The notes below the pieces were generated by a model. The model was not told where the DNA came from. It worked only from the letters and a program-made list of their open reading frames with translations, and did not search any database. Positions 13,270 to 26,189 of a stretch of DNA of 64,000 bases are shown here, piece after piece. A program made the position numbers and the translations under genes. The stretch's first letter is position 1. Each line of letters begins with the position of its first letter. This DNA is from Chiloscyllium plagiosum (Eukaryota), in assembly GCF_004010195.1 (NCBI RefSeq), contig NC_057751.1:18353185-18417184 (forward strand), in the 5' to 3' direction.

Positions 13270-15835
13270 AACTTTTTTTAATTTTCCTGTCAGGAATCAA
13301 AGCACAACATACAACAACTTAGAGATACCCGAGCAGTCCAGCACCTTTCTTGGCTCCCCTGTCCCCTGACTGCATCCCTGTCTCCAAACCCACGTCCTGT
13401 CGTATATTCATGATCCCTTCTGAACTTCCGCTCTCTGATGTTGAGCTTCTTGTACTCAGCAAAGGTCTCAGTTTGATCCCCCTGCGACTCTACCTTAATG
13501 AATGTTGGGCAAGATATGTTGTTGAGCTCTTCTTCCATCTGTCACAAATACCTTGTGGTCCAACTCCAACAGTCTCCCTCCACTTGCACCCCTTCCTCTG
13601 GCTTTTTACCTGCACTCAACCTGTTCATTGGGGACTGTCAGCGTGAGATTGTTCGCCTCTGTTTCTCTGCCCCCACCCCCATTTATTCGAACGCAAGCTT
13701 CCAGAACTAATTGCATCCAGGCTTTCAGATCCAAAGCTGACTTTTTTAATAAGCCTTCTGAAAAGCCTTCTGTTGTTATCTGATGTACTCATATCTACTT
13801 TGCAGAGGCTGAGCGCCAGCTCTCGGATACTTCCTCCTATTTCCACCTGGACCATAATTGCGCCATGGAATATTATGCCATTCAGCCAACTATGTGACCA
13901 ACATCATTGCATTTGGTGATCTCCCATCTACTACGTTCAAGCTGATGCTGTCCCAAACCCGCAAAGCTCGATTCTACCTCCTTTCCAATATCCACAAACA
14001 GGTCTACCCGGGCAGCTCACAGATTCAGCTGACTCCTGCCCCATAGAATTCACAGCTTCTTTCCTTGAATCGGTATTTTCCCCCCAGTCTAGACACTGCC
14101 CACTTACATCCGCGATTCCTCTGACATTTTATGCTCGTGTCAGAATTTCCAGCTTGCAGTCTCCAACCGCACGCTCTTTACCACGGATGTGCAATCCCTT
14201 TACACGTCCATCTCCCCACAGGTTGGTCTCAGTGCACTCCAATTCTTCTTGGAGCAGCCACGTGAACAATTCCTATTTTCCAACAGCCACATCGAACTGG
14301 CCGAGATCGGCCTCAAACTGAATAATTTCGGATTTAGGTCATTCATGTTCTTCAGTACAGAGCGTTGGCTCTGGACATATACAACATCCCCAATTAGACC
14401 TGTCTCTCTGCGATATACATGGAACTTGCCTTGCTCCGATCCTATACCGAATCCCATCCACAGCTCTTTCTCAGCACCATTGATGCAATCGTTTGTGTTG
14501 CCTCCCTTACTCAAATGGAATTAGAAATGCTTCTCAGTTTTGCTTCCAAGTCCATTAACAACCCAATTTCATCTCATCCATCTTTGACTCCTTCCACCAC
14601 TTTTTCGATATATCGGTTTCCATTTTTAAAGACAGATTGTCTGCTAATATTCATTATTAACCTAACGACTCCCACAATTATCTTGACTATTTTTCCTCAC
14701 ACCCTGCTTACTGTGAAGACTTTATACCATTCTTCAAGGTCCTCCATCTGTGCCACATCTGTTCTGGTGATGGCAAATTAATAAGGGCGTCTCCGAAATA
14801 TCCAACTTCTTCCTCAAACAAGGATTCCTGAGTACTGTTGTTCAGACGGCCTCCAGCTGGGACCAAACCATCTCCTGCACATTGCCCCTCACACCATCAT
14901 CTCTTCCCTTGTGTGATACTGCTAGTGTCTCCTTTCTCCATTGCTGACATCCCACAACCATCCACATGCAGAGTATCATTGACTGCCTTTTCTGTCACCT
15001 CAAGTGTGATGTCACCAAAAGACACATTTTCCAACCATCTCCCTTGTCTGCCTTGCAGCGGGACTATTTCCTCCAGAACACTGTGGTCCACTCTGATACC
15101 CTCCACCCACAACCTCACAGCACCTGCACTGCAGCCACACAATGTGACCTGCGAACTTACTTTCTCCATCCTCATCATCCAAGAACTCAAACACAACACA
15201 ATGTCAAGCATTGCTTTAGCTGCACTTCCCACAATCTAATCTGCTGCATTTGCTGCTTAAAATGTGGTTTTCTCTACCTTGCAAAAGCAAAGCATAGACT
15301 TAGCAACCATAACGCAGAACACCTACATTCTGCCCGCTAATTTGCCTGCCACATCAACACACGGCAGTGCGCCCTCACCAACATCTCAATCTCAGTTTGT
15401 TTGTTTTTTCGCACATCTTCAGCGAAGTTCAGTACAAACTGGATGAACAGTATCTCACTTTCCACTTGGGATCTCGACAGCGTTCCAGATTTAACATCGC
15501 GTTCAATAACTTCAGGGATTTACCGCACACAAGACCTCAGAAATGGGACCTCAATAACATACAGTCTACTATTCCCAACGGGACTAACGGTCCCTATTAA
15601 GAGCTATTCCCAGGTCGGCATCCACTCTTTTTCTGTCCAACTGCTTTTCTCTGTCTGGACTCTGACCCCAGCTATTGTTTACAACTTACCCTCCCCCAAC
15701 ATCCTTTCTTCTGCATGAAAACGACATTTTCCTTCGTACTGAAGGATCCCACGACCCGAAACGTAAACCCTGATTTCTCTCTACAGGCGCTGACAGACAT
15801 CAGAAGTGATACACTAATTCTTTTTTACTCTGGAA
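13270..15835 (+). mobile_element. Penelope-like element, near full length, decayed (RT + GIY-YIG, 3' pLTR with HHR remnant)
   Basis: LSDVELLVLSKGLSLIP N-terminus; KARFYLLSNIHK; LFTTDVQSLYTSI (RT motif A); HNLICCICCLKCGFLYLAKAKHRL..EHL (decayed GIY-YIG); CTGAAGGA..CCCGAAACGTA at 15739-15765. Confidence 0.88.
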
Positions 15836-15867
15836 AGTTACAGATCACTTAGCTGGAACTGGGGCAT

Positions 15868-16012
15868 CACCATTCATTATGAAGGGCCTCTCTTTATGCT
15901 TATGCCAGAAACATCGATGATTCTCCTCGGTTGCTACCTGACTGGATGTGCTTTTCCAGCGCCAAACTTTTCGACTCTGATCTCCAGCATCTGCAGTCCT
16001 CACTTTCTCCTG
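15868..16012 (+). mobile_element. Short Penelope pLTR-derived element, decayed HHR
   Basis: ..TTATGAAGGGC..GCCAGAAACATCGAT..TTTTCCAGC..CTCCAGCATCTGCAGTCCTCACTTTCTCCT, same family as 52156-52372. Confidence 0.75.
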
Positions 16013-16279
16013 CTCGGACGTTATCAAGATTTTCAAATCGATTTTTAAGGACACGCTTTTGGATTACTGGTGTGAGGTAAGATCGCGTGAAGGTTGCATG
16101 GCCCTGACAAGGGGAGTTCTTGTCTCATCACTCGTTCATAATTCTTTGAGGAATTAACGAGCAGTTGGACAAAGAACAGAAAATGGACGGGATCTACTTG
16201 GATTTCCAGAACCACCATTGCAAGGTGCTGCACAGGAGGCTGCTGAATAAGATTCGAAGTCAAGGTAATCGAGTAACGT

Positions 16280-16760
16280 TGTTATGGACCAGGCTAGACA
16301 CCCTCAAAAATATGTTAGCAAGGTAAGCCGAGACTCGAACCTTTTCTTGTTTTAAAGAATGATATGAAGTGTTTTTTCAGGTTTTATGCAACTGGTGACA
16401 GTACTCAGCTTTATGTACAGCACTGTTTATTCAAACACTATTGTTAAAACACTAATAAAGAAAAGTGGAATTTAGAATAAGGTAGCTGTTAAAAAACTAG
16501 ACCGATCCAATACAGTAACTATTCGTCATGATTTGGTCCAATATAGTCACATTCCATAAGCATTACCCTTGGCACAAAGATACAGGTTCTTCAAAGCAGG
16601 AGTAAACAACATCTGGAGAGATTTTAGAGACAGAGTAAATTTGGAATCCTTCCCTGGAGCTGGCAACTCTTCTGGTACTCAACACATCTTGTAACTAAAA
16701 ATAACTAGAAAATCCTGAACGGCGTTAACTGGGCATTCGTCTTCTGTTGTGTTCACTTTC
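16280..16760 (-). mobile_element. Gypsy LTR fragment (3' end of LTR, inverted)
   Basis: TGTTATGGACCAGGCTAGAC is the near reverse complement of the LTR end GGTCTGGCCTGGTCCATAACA at 33493-33513. Confidence 0.75.
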
Positions 16761-17889
16761 TAGCCTCCGAGGCTCCACCTCTGCCTTTCCAACCTTTCTG
16801 CATAAAGAAAAGGACGAAATAAACTTTTATTTAAAGTGACAACATCGTCAGAACGTAGGGGCACGATTCGAGAATTGATTGCCAGAAGGCAGACAATGAG
16901 GATAAAGGGACATTTACAACATGGCAGCTTGTGACTGTTGCATTTCCGCAGACTGCAGTTTTGGAACAACAACAACAATTCAAGTTATGCATAGACAAGG
17001 TGGACCAACCGATTGAAACCATTGTTACTGTTTGCAAATAAGTGGAGGCGTCGCTGTGTTGAAGAAGTGGTAAGGTTAAGAAGTACTTGGACAGACTAGG
17101 ACAGTGGACAAATGGAACAAAATATGTGTAAGTCTGATTTTTGGCGGAAAGAATAGAGACATAGTCTATTTCTGAATCGGAAAAAGCATCGGAAATCTGA
17201 CGCATGAAGGAATTAGGAATCCAAGTTCAGATTGTCTTAAGATTAATGTGTATGTTCAGTTGCTGCTTAGAAAGGTAAATGTCGTGTTGACATTGATTTC
17301 AAGAGGGCTAGAATGGAACAAGAGTGGCTTACTGCTAAGGCTGTATAAGGCTCTAGTCACACTGCATTTGGAATATTGTCAGCAGTTTTTGCTCTGCATC
17401 GAAGGAAGGATAAACCAGCATTGGAGGAAGTCCAGGAGATATTTACAAACCAATTACCAACAGAAATAAGACAGCAGTTGAGGACACTGGGTCAGTAACT
17501 CAATGGAGTTTAGAAAGGTACGGGGGGAATCCCAATGAAATTTACAGAACCCTGGGTGGCCTAGATAGAATGGACTGGAGAAAGTGTTTCCACCCATAGG
17601 AAGGCGAGAACCGGAGTGCACAGCCACAGAGAGAAGGGGCGATCCTTTAGCATCGAGAAGGGAATATTTTTTTAGCAAGACAGTGGTTCTTCTGTGTTGC
17701 TCTTAGCCATAGAGTACTACGGATTCCATGTCATTAAGACAGTAACAGATAAGTTCTTGATTGGTGAGGGGGTCAATGGTATGAGGAAAACGAAAGAGAA
17801 TGAGATTGGGGAACATGTCAGCCATGATCGAATGAAAGAGCCAAATGGCTTAATTCTGATCCTACATCTTATGTTGTTATGTGAAAGAC

Positions 17890-18950
17890 CATAGTGTAGC
17901 GAACCGGGATCTTTACCGTTTTGGATAGGTGTCTTTGTCCCTTTGACAAGAGTTTTTGTCTATGGGTTGTACATATTTATCAGACATGTTACGGGACTTT
18001 GACCATATAGATGCTTTTATCGCTGTGAAGGAGCCTTTGACAGATCGGATAGGAGCCTTTGACAGATGGCATCATTGTATTTATCACAGTGTGGATAGGA
18101 GTCTTTGACAGACTTGATGGAGATCTTTGTCAGACTGGATAAAGTACCATTAACAGAAGTCATTTAGCATCGCAAAGAGACCTGTAACACATCAGACTGG
18201 GGCCGTTGGAGAGAAGCCACTCAAAACCAAATTGGTCTGTTTCTTAAAACTCGAAATTGACTTCGTCAGGCCCCGTCTTGGCGTTTGACAGATAGTGTAG
18301 GAGCATTTGACAGTTATGTTGGCTCCATTGAGATATCAGGTAGGAGCCTTCAGCAATTCGGATGGGGTCCCGGAAAAAAAGTCGACTCATGCCTTTAACA
18401 GAACTGTTAGGTAGCTTTGACAGATGGAATGAATACGTGTTTCAGGCCAAATAGCAGCTTGGACAGGGCTGACAGCAACATTTTAGAGATACTTTTGGGA
18501 CTTTGAAATAATATATCTCGCGGCTTTTGTCAGTCCACATGGGGGTCTTGGTAAGGGTTTTTGACATACGAGACAAAATAATTTGTCAGACTGATTCAGG
18601 TGTGACCCTGTCACAGTCAGGTCAGTAGGATTTGACAGTAGTGGCAGATACCTTTGCAGAGGCTAGACGTCTTTGTTGCTGGATAGGTTCATTTTGACAG
18701 TCTAAATATGATGTCCTCTTGTGGCGCAGTGATGGTGTCCCTACTTGGTGGCTTGAGTTCTATCCCCAACTGTGCAGTAGTGTTTCTGAGCAGCTTGATT
18801 TGAGAAAGCCTTTTGACAAACAAAATAGCGCTCAAGAATTTTGGTTGCTTGGGTAGGATCTTTGACAGACAGTTTTGATAAGGACAACGAGACTTTGAAA
18901 GCAAACAGCAAAAAGCTTGGACCACAGTCGGTAACAATCAGACTTTCAAT
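17890..18950. repeat. Degenerate ~22-bp minisatellite (consensus approx. GGAGCCTTTGACAGATCGGATA)
   Basis: The core CTTTGACAGA recurs at ~21-22 bp spacing; best-preserved copies at 18030-18066. Confidence 0.8.
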
Positions 18951-19441
18951 TGAAGATTAAATGTTCATGTCCCTGTCAGTCTTCTGTTTTGCCGCTGATT
19001 AATCTATCCATGCATAACGATAATTAAACAGATAAATCATCTCTCTGATCAGAGCTTCAGGATTGTTTGTAGAACTCGCAAACAAGATGCTGTAAATTCC
19101 ACTTGACACCATAACATTTCATTGTCGACGTCCAGACATTCTTAAAGGGGCATTTTTCCAGAACCATATCTTCCTTCTCCAGAAGCAATGCAGTGATGAA
19201 ATTGTCTATCAAATCAAATCCGAGAATTACAGAACAATTCGAAATGTTTAGAATGGACATCTTCACTGGAGTGTCACTCTCACCATGATTGTTTAGAACA
19301 CTTCTTAAATTTTGTTCAGAATGACTTGCCTGACTGGCTCAGGTGAATTGTTGGAACTGCGTATTCGGGCCTGCCGTTCAATGCAATAATAACAACAAAA
19401 ATCTTCCTACCACTTAACAGACAATTGACCAACATCGTGGG

Positions 19442-22400
19442 CTCAGATGTTCTTTACATGAATAAGGTTTTTGGCGTGTGTTCTTTCTTTGACTGCAGAC
19501 AAAATTAAGTAATTACCTTGGCCTGCAGTTTTTGTCAAAGCAAAAAAAAGTGAAGACTGTCGCTGCAGGCCACCTATTAACAATGATTTCGGAATCTTAA
19601 TTGGAACATGAAGACGTTGATGGAAATATTACACTGTACATCAAAAAAGTAGTGAAGTGTCGAGAAATGTCCCTTGAACACTTAGTAAGGTTTATTTGCT
19701 GTATTGTCTGTTAAAAGCTTGCAACACTAGTCATTTTTTTCGAATCCATATTTGGAACTCCCATACGTTACCATGCCATGAACATATATTTTGTAGATAA
19801 TTCAATTTTGATTTGCAATCCAAGTTTTTTTAGATTAGATTTTAGATTACATTACAGTGTGGAAACAGGCCCTTCGGCCAAACAAGTCCACACCGTCCCG
19901 CCGAAGCGCAACCCACCCATACCCCTACATTTACCCCTTTCTGCTAACTCCAAAAAATGAAACGTGAATTGAAAACACAACCTGCTCTGGCAATATGTTG
20001 CAGAGCAAAATCTCAGAGTTCTCTGATATTTCACCTTCGAACTGTCCCTTTTGCATTACAGTGGACTTAAATGGGCAATTGTCTTTGAAAATGTATTGCC
20101 TCCTAAAACAGAAACTTTATGTCATCTGCCATGCAGCTCGGAACTTAATTATGTATTTTGGTGAAACAACTTGAGTGACCATGTTAGAATTTGTTCGAAA
20201 CAATTCATCACTCCATCCTACGGAGGGGAGCTGCAAGGGTTATTGTTGCAGACCGTCTTTTATGAATGTTTATGTCATCTGACTGAAAAATGTACAAGTT
20301 AATGAAAATGTTGCAGACTGCGTCGGAGTAGCAAGATATTGCGAAATAATTTAGCTCCGCAAGAGGCTTATGTGTTGCTATGAATGCAGAATATTGAAGA
20401 AATTTCAGTCTAGTTATTTCCACTGACAGTTGTCTGGAAGGCAGTCTGTAAAAGATTGAGCAAGCGCCACTGAACTCGAAACATGAACTCAGTTTCTCCT
20501 CCTAGATACTACCAGATCTCTTTAGTTATAACATCTTTTTTTCGTGTTTCTGCAAAGTCTTGGTTTCTTTACTAGTTAAAGCAGTAAAAGGTGACCATTG
20601 CATTTGAATGTGCAAATTTAGTTTTGTGGCAGTGAACTTAGATAAGAAATTGAATGTGGAGCAACTGTTATGTTCTTCCTCCTTTTATTTTAGGAGCATA
20701 TAATCATATCACAGAATCACAGAATCCCTACAGTGTGGGAACTGGGCATTTGACCCAACACATTCTCACTGACACTCTGAAGAGTAACATACCCAGATGC
20801 ATTCCCGTACCCTGTTGCACTACATTTCTCCTAACTAATATACCTATCCTACAAAGCTCTGAATAGTATGGGCAATTTAGCGTGGCCAATTCGCTAAACC
20901 TGCACACCTGACTGTGGAAGGAAACCAGAGCATGTGAAGGAAACTCAAACAGTGTTGCAATGAACACTGGACTTTGAATGACTGACGAAAGTAGGGCAAT
21001 TTGAGGAAGTGCATTTTATATCCAACAAAAGAAACAAGAATGCACAATGCCATGTGAAATTGATATTCTGAACTGATCGAACGGTTGACAGGATTAAATA
21101 CTTCCCAGTAGCAGGAAACTCAACACTGCATCGACAATGCAAGCAGTTCCGGAAACATCAGACTGAACATATGGCAGAACAATGGAGACTCAGTTGTTCT
21201 TTTCATGAGTAAGGTTTTTGGCGTGTGTTCTTTCTTTGACTGCAGACAAAATTAAGTGATTACCTTGGCCTGCAGATTTTGTCAAAGCAAAACAAAAGTG
21301 AAGACTGTCGCTGCAGGCCACCTATTAACAATGATTTCGGAATCTTAGTTGGAATATGAAGACGTTGATGGAAATATTACACTGTACATCAAAAAAGTAG
21401 TGAAGTGTCGAGAAATGTCTCTTGAACACTTAGTAAGGTTTATTTGCGGTATTGTCTGTTAAAAGCTTGCAACACTAGTCATTTTTTTCGAATCCATATT
21501 TGGAACTCGCAAATGTTACCATGCCATGAGCACATATTTTGTAGCTAATTCAATTTTGATTTGCAATCCAAGTTTTTTTTAGATTAGATTTTAGATTACA
21601 TTACAGTGTGGAAACATGCCCTTCGGCCCAACAAGTCCACACCGTCCCGTCGAAGCGCAACCCACCCATACCCCTACATTTACCCCTTTCTACTAACTCC
21701 AAATAATGAAACGTGAATTGAAAACACAACCTGCTCTGGCAATATGTTGCAGAGCAAAATCTTAGAGTTCTCTGATATTTCACCTTCCAACTGTCCCTTC
21801 TGCATTACAGTGGACTTGAATGGGCAATTGTCTTTGAAAATGTACTGCCTCCTAAAACAGAAACTTTATGTCATCTGCCATGCAGCTCGGAACTTAATTA
21901 TGTATTTTGGTGAAACAGCTTGAGTGACCATGTTAGAATTTGTTCGAAACAATTCATCACTCCATCCTACGGAGGGAAACTGCAAGGGTTATTGCTGCAG
22001 ACCGTCTTTTATGAATGTTTATATCGTCTGACTGAAAAATGTACAAGTTAATGAAAATGTTGCAGACTGCGTCAGAGTAGCAAGATATTGCGGAATAATT
22101 TAGCTCCGCAAGAGGCTTATTTGTTGCTATGAATGCAGAATATTGAAGAAATTTCAGCAAAGTTATTTCCACTGACAGTTGTGTGGAAGGCAGTCTGTAA
22201 AAGATTGAGCAAGCGCCACTGAACTCGAAGCATGAACTCAGTTTCTCCTCCTAGATACTACCAGATCTCTTTAGTTATAACTTTTTTTTCGTGTTTCTGC
22301 AAAGTCGTGGTTTCTTTACTAGTTAAAGCAGTAAAAGGTGACCAATTGCATTTGAATGTGCAAATTTAGTTTTGTGGCAGTGAACTTAGATAAGAAATTG

Positions 22401-22932
22401 AATGTGGAGCAACTGTTATGTTCTTCCTCCTTTTATTTTAGGAGCATATAATCATATCACAGAATCATAGAATCCCTACAGTGTGGGAACTGGGCATTTG
22501 ATGCAACACATTCTCACTGACACTCTGAAGAGTAACATACCCAGATGCATTCCCGTACCCTGTTGCACTACATTTCTCCTGACTAATATACCTATCCCAC
22601 AAAGCTCTGAATAGTATGGGCAATGTAGCGTGGCCAATTCGCTAAACCTGCACACCTGACTGTGGAAGGAAACCAGAGCATGTGAAGGAAACTCAAACAG
22701 TGTTGCAATGAACACTGGACTTTGAATGACTGACGAAAGTAGGGCAATTTGAGGAAGTGCATTTTATATCCAACAAAAGAAACAAAAATGCACAATGCCA
22801 TGTGAAATTGACATTCTGACTGATCGAACGGTGGACAGGATTAAGTACTTGCCCAGTAGCAGGAAACTCAATACTGCATCGACAATGCAAGCAGCTCCGG
22901 AAACATCAGACTGAAGATATGGCAGAACAATG
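19442..22932. repeat. Direct tandem duplication, two ~1.75-kb units (19442-21188, 21189-22932)
   Basis: Near-identical sequence offset by ~1747-1749 bp; duplicated ORF pairs 19852/21601, 20208/21957, 20728/22476. Each unit contains an HE1 tail fragment and a decayed HE1 SINE. Confidence 0.97.
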
Positions 22933-23224
22933 AAAGAGTGTTTTAGGCAAACAGTGTAGCGATTGACCATTCACATCCCCCAGCGTGTGCCAATACGCAA
23001 CAGTGTAACTGCTGATATGACTGCAACCTCACATTTCCACCTCATTTCTTAAAAATAATATGCTTCGGATTGAACCTAACCAAGTACACTGCTTCGAATA
23101 TATTTTGAGGTAGAGGTTTCCGAAGACTTTTGACCATGTCAGGGGTGCAGGTAAATCCGCCCCCCCCCCCCCCCCCATCTCGGTAATATAGACATGACAC
23201 CTGATTTTTCGACAACAAACGCCA

Positions 23225-24080
23225 TTTCTGTATTCTCTCATCCTCTAAATATTTAAATTAACGGGACCCCTCATGTTCCAGTAAATTTCATTCAAAAGAC
23301 ATCTTACCCTTTTAAAATTTTGCATGTATCAGCCTGTTCTGTTCAATATGAACACATTTAACAATGCTCTAGGCAAAATGTGAATTCAGATCTGCATCAA
23401 TGGGCTACGACGAATACATTAGTTATCTTCTTTAAATAAGTGGACTAATATTGTAGCAAATACTTCATACACAGTGTCATCAATGCTATGCATGACTGAC
23501 GCACAACCTTCTAACTTTGTTTTCAATTGTCCTCGTTGCAAGCCGGGGCATCCTTTTATAATTAATTATTTGCATTCCTTAAATACATCCAACATTTGTG
23601 ATTCTTGCAGGACATACTGATCTCCCTGTAACTCGAAGGTCTGCAAACTCTCATTGTTGGGTAAATAGGTTTCATTTTCGTGAACCTTGATAAAGTGGCA
23701 TTCTCACATTTTGCCACCATGTACTCTCATGATGAAGCTTTGCCCCCTTAATTCCTTAAACCAAACTATGTTCGTTTCTTATATCCACTGCACAATTGAC
23801 TTTCCTACTTCACTTTATGAATAAATTTGGGAAATATAGATAACCTCGATTTATGTTAGTTATTTGCTCAGACTAGAAGTAGTTGACGTCCCAGAATATT
23901 TATTTATTTACTCATGAGTTGAATGCACACTTAAATCCAGTTTCTGTTTCGTATCTATCAGGCGATCTTCTGTCACTAACGCATGCTTCCAGTTACACAT
24001 GAATGTTTATTTTCCTAAAAAATAGTATTTAACGCAGCTCTTTTTCAAATATGTCTGGAAAACTAGGGATTATACGTTCT
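23225..24080 (-). mobile_element. Very old CR1 RT/3' fragment
   Basis: Weak similarity to minus-strand CR1 RT text elsewhere (e.g. AATATTGTAGCAAATACTTC, TCACATTTTGCCAC). Confidence 0.5.
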
Positions 24081-24347
24081 GTTTGTCCACAGCAGTCAGC
24101 GTGGAGAACTGTGTGTTACCTTATTAAATGAACCTTTGAATGTGATATGCAGATGCACCAGGTGTTTGAAATTTGACGCTATCATCATAGTTGCAGGTGG
24201 AATTTCAGGCAGTGTCGCATGTTAACTTGCTGAATTTTGTGTAGATATTAGTTGGGAATTGCGAGCATTTTTGCCCCAATCTCTCCAGAAATTATGCTCT
24301 TGCCGTCAGGGAGTGGAATAGAGATGAACAGATCACTAACTGAGTAC

Positions 24348-24866
24348 TTAGAACATAGAAGAATACAGCGCAGTACAGGCCCTTTGGCCCTCGATGTTGC
24401 GCCGATCCAAGCCCACCTAACCTATAATAACCCACTATCCTCCATATACCTATCCAATGCCCGCTTAAATGCCCATAAAGAGGGAGAGTCCACCACTGCT
24501 ACTGGCAGGGCATTCCATGAATTTACGACTCGCTGAGTGAAGAACCTACCCCTAACTTCAGTCCTATATCTACCCCCCCTTAATTTAAAGCTATGCCCCC
24601 TTGTAATACCCGACTCCATACGCGGGAAAAGGTTCACACTGTCAACCCTATCTAACCCCCTAATCATCTTGTACACCTCAATCAAGATGATTAGGGGGTT
24701 AGATAGGGTTGACAGTGTGAACCTTTTCCCGCGTATGGAGTCGGGTATTACAAGGGGGCATAGCTTTAAATTAAGGGGGGGGTAGATATAGGACTGAAGT
24801 TAGGGGTAGGTTCTTCACTCAGCGAGTCGTAAGTTCATGGAATGCCCTGCCAGTAGCAGTGGTGGA
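24348..24866. mobile_element. Young CR1 3' fragment (minus strand) folded back into a long palindrome
   Basis: Tail TAGAACATAGAA at 24349. Arms 24489-24671 and 24683-24866 are reverse complements with an 11-nt loop. The same peptide MIRGLDRVDSVNLFPRMESGITRGHSFKLRGG appears on both strands. Confidence 0.95.
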
Positions 24867-26189
24867 GAATCCCAAATGACCGCCAGCATGCAGGCCTTTT
24901 CCTAAACAAATTCTGCTTAATAGCACTGTCAATACCCCCGTCCATCTTTTTAATGATACTTGAGCTCTGTTTGGACTTGTCATTCCTTAAGTGCACAGAA
25001 GATGAGTGGGAACTTTTCCACATTGGAACATAGATGCCAGTGTTATAATTATATTGGAACAGCTTCGTTAAAGATATATCAGGATTTGGAGGATACGTCT
25101 TCAGTATCATTTTCAGAATATTATGTAGGCCCGTCACCTTTGCTGTGACTTCTTGTTAATTGTGTGACCGCCACCGTATCCAAATGTCATGTGGAGTGAA
25201 GGTTAATTGACTAGGTACTGATATGTGTCATGTTGGTTATCTCTGAAGTAGTTATTATATTATCCTTTTATACGTTTACACTGTTTGTCCAACGTCTGAA
25301 ATAGCTGATTTATGTTTTTAGCATTTAATAAGCAGTGTATTGAATTCGACGCATCAAAGCGAAACAGAACAGTTGAATGCATTCAGCGAACATTTGTAAA
25401 TAACTTTCATGGCGACGTACCTTGAGTTTCTCACTGGTGGATCGTTGTCTGTAAAAATATGTCAGCTTCTATTGCCTCAGCCATGAATCAGTTCTTTGGC
25501 TGGAACAGAATTCTCCCATTGTCACAGAAGATGGGCCAACCACTGATTCTACTCATTAAATACTTGTGCTATCTGATATAGGCAGTCATGAGTGTGTCAG
25601 GTGTGTGGCGTATATATTAACGTTCTCCTGTTGATTTGTGTTAAATACATTCCTTCTTAATAACTCGATTTCTAGAATAATACGAAATATGTGTACAAAT
25701 TCGTACACATATGAATTTATGAAACAAATTGAATTTCTGGAGCGGAACTCTACAGTTTTAGCAACATTGCTGAAAACAGAAGTCGAGTTAATACTTCAGG
25801 TCAAATGACACGCTCCAGCAATCTCTGTTTTGGCATACAATTTCCAACATTCGCCTTCTTTATTATATTTTTGCAGTTAGTTTTTGGGAAGGTAGTAATT
25901 GTTTTAGCTGTCCCGCAATCATTTTACGCCTTACTCAAAATCTAATGACGTTAATTATATTTTGTGACTCCGTGATTGCCGCTCGATTCTTTCGTGGAGA
26001 TTCAAAGGTGCAATGGAACATTACTATGTATCGGTAGGCGTCCAAGGCAACTGGTGTAATACGAGTCATATTTATATGTAATACTTTGTTCATGATCACA
26101 TTGATCTCGGGAAAATGTGTTTCTCACAAACACTTGTTTTGCTTCGTAATCGAATATAATTCACCTCTGTTTCATGTTTATTTTTGCAG

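Larger units (their letters stand above)
12040..17880 (+). mobile_element. Old CR1 LINE split by nested insertions (pieces ~12040-12990, 16015-16275, 16860-17880)
   Basis: Endonuclease end (LDSMMCNEADLI..GDCNH), RT pieces (GSSCL, IYLDFQ), LRLYKALVTLHLEYCQQF, and a tail at ~17860. The pieces are colinear across the Penelope and LTR insertions. Confidence 0.65.

Noticed and set aside
17890..18950. CRISPR-like array
   Set aside because: Units are contiguous and degenerate with no constant repeat plus unique spacer structure, there are no cas genes, and the context is vertebrate.
20208..22172. Duplicated 71-aa ORFs as a conserved small gene
   Set aside because: The similarity is explained by the recent tandem duplication; there are no recognisable motifs or splice support.
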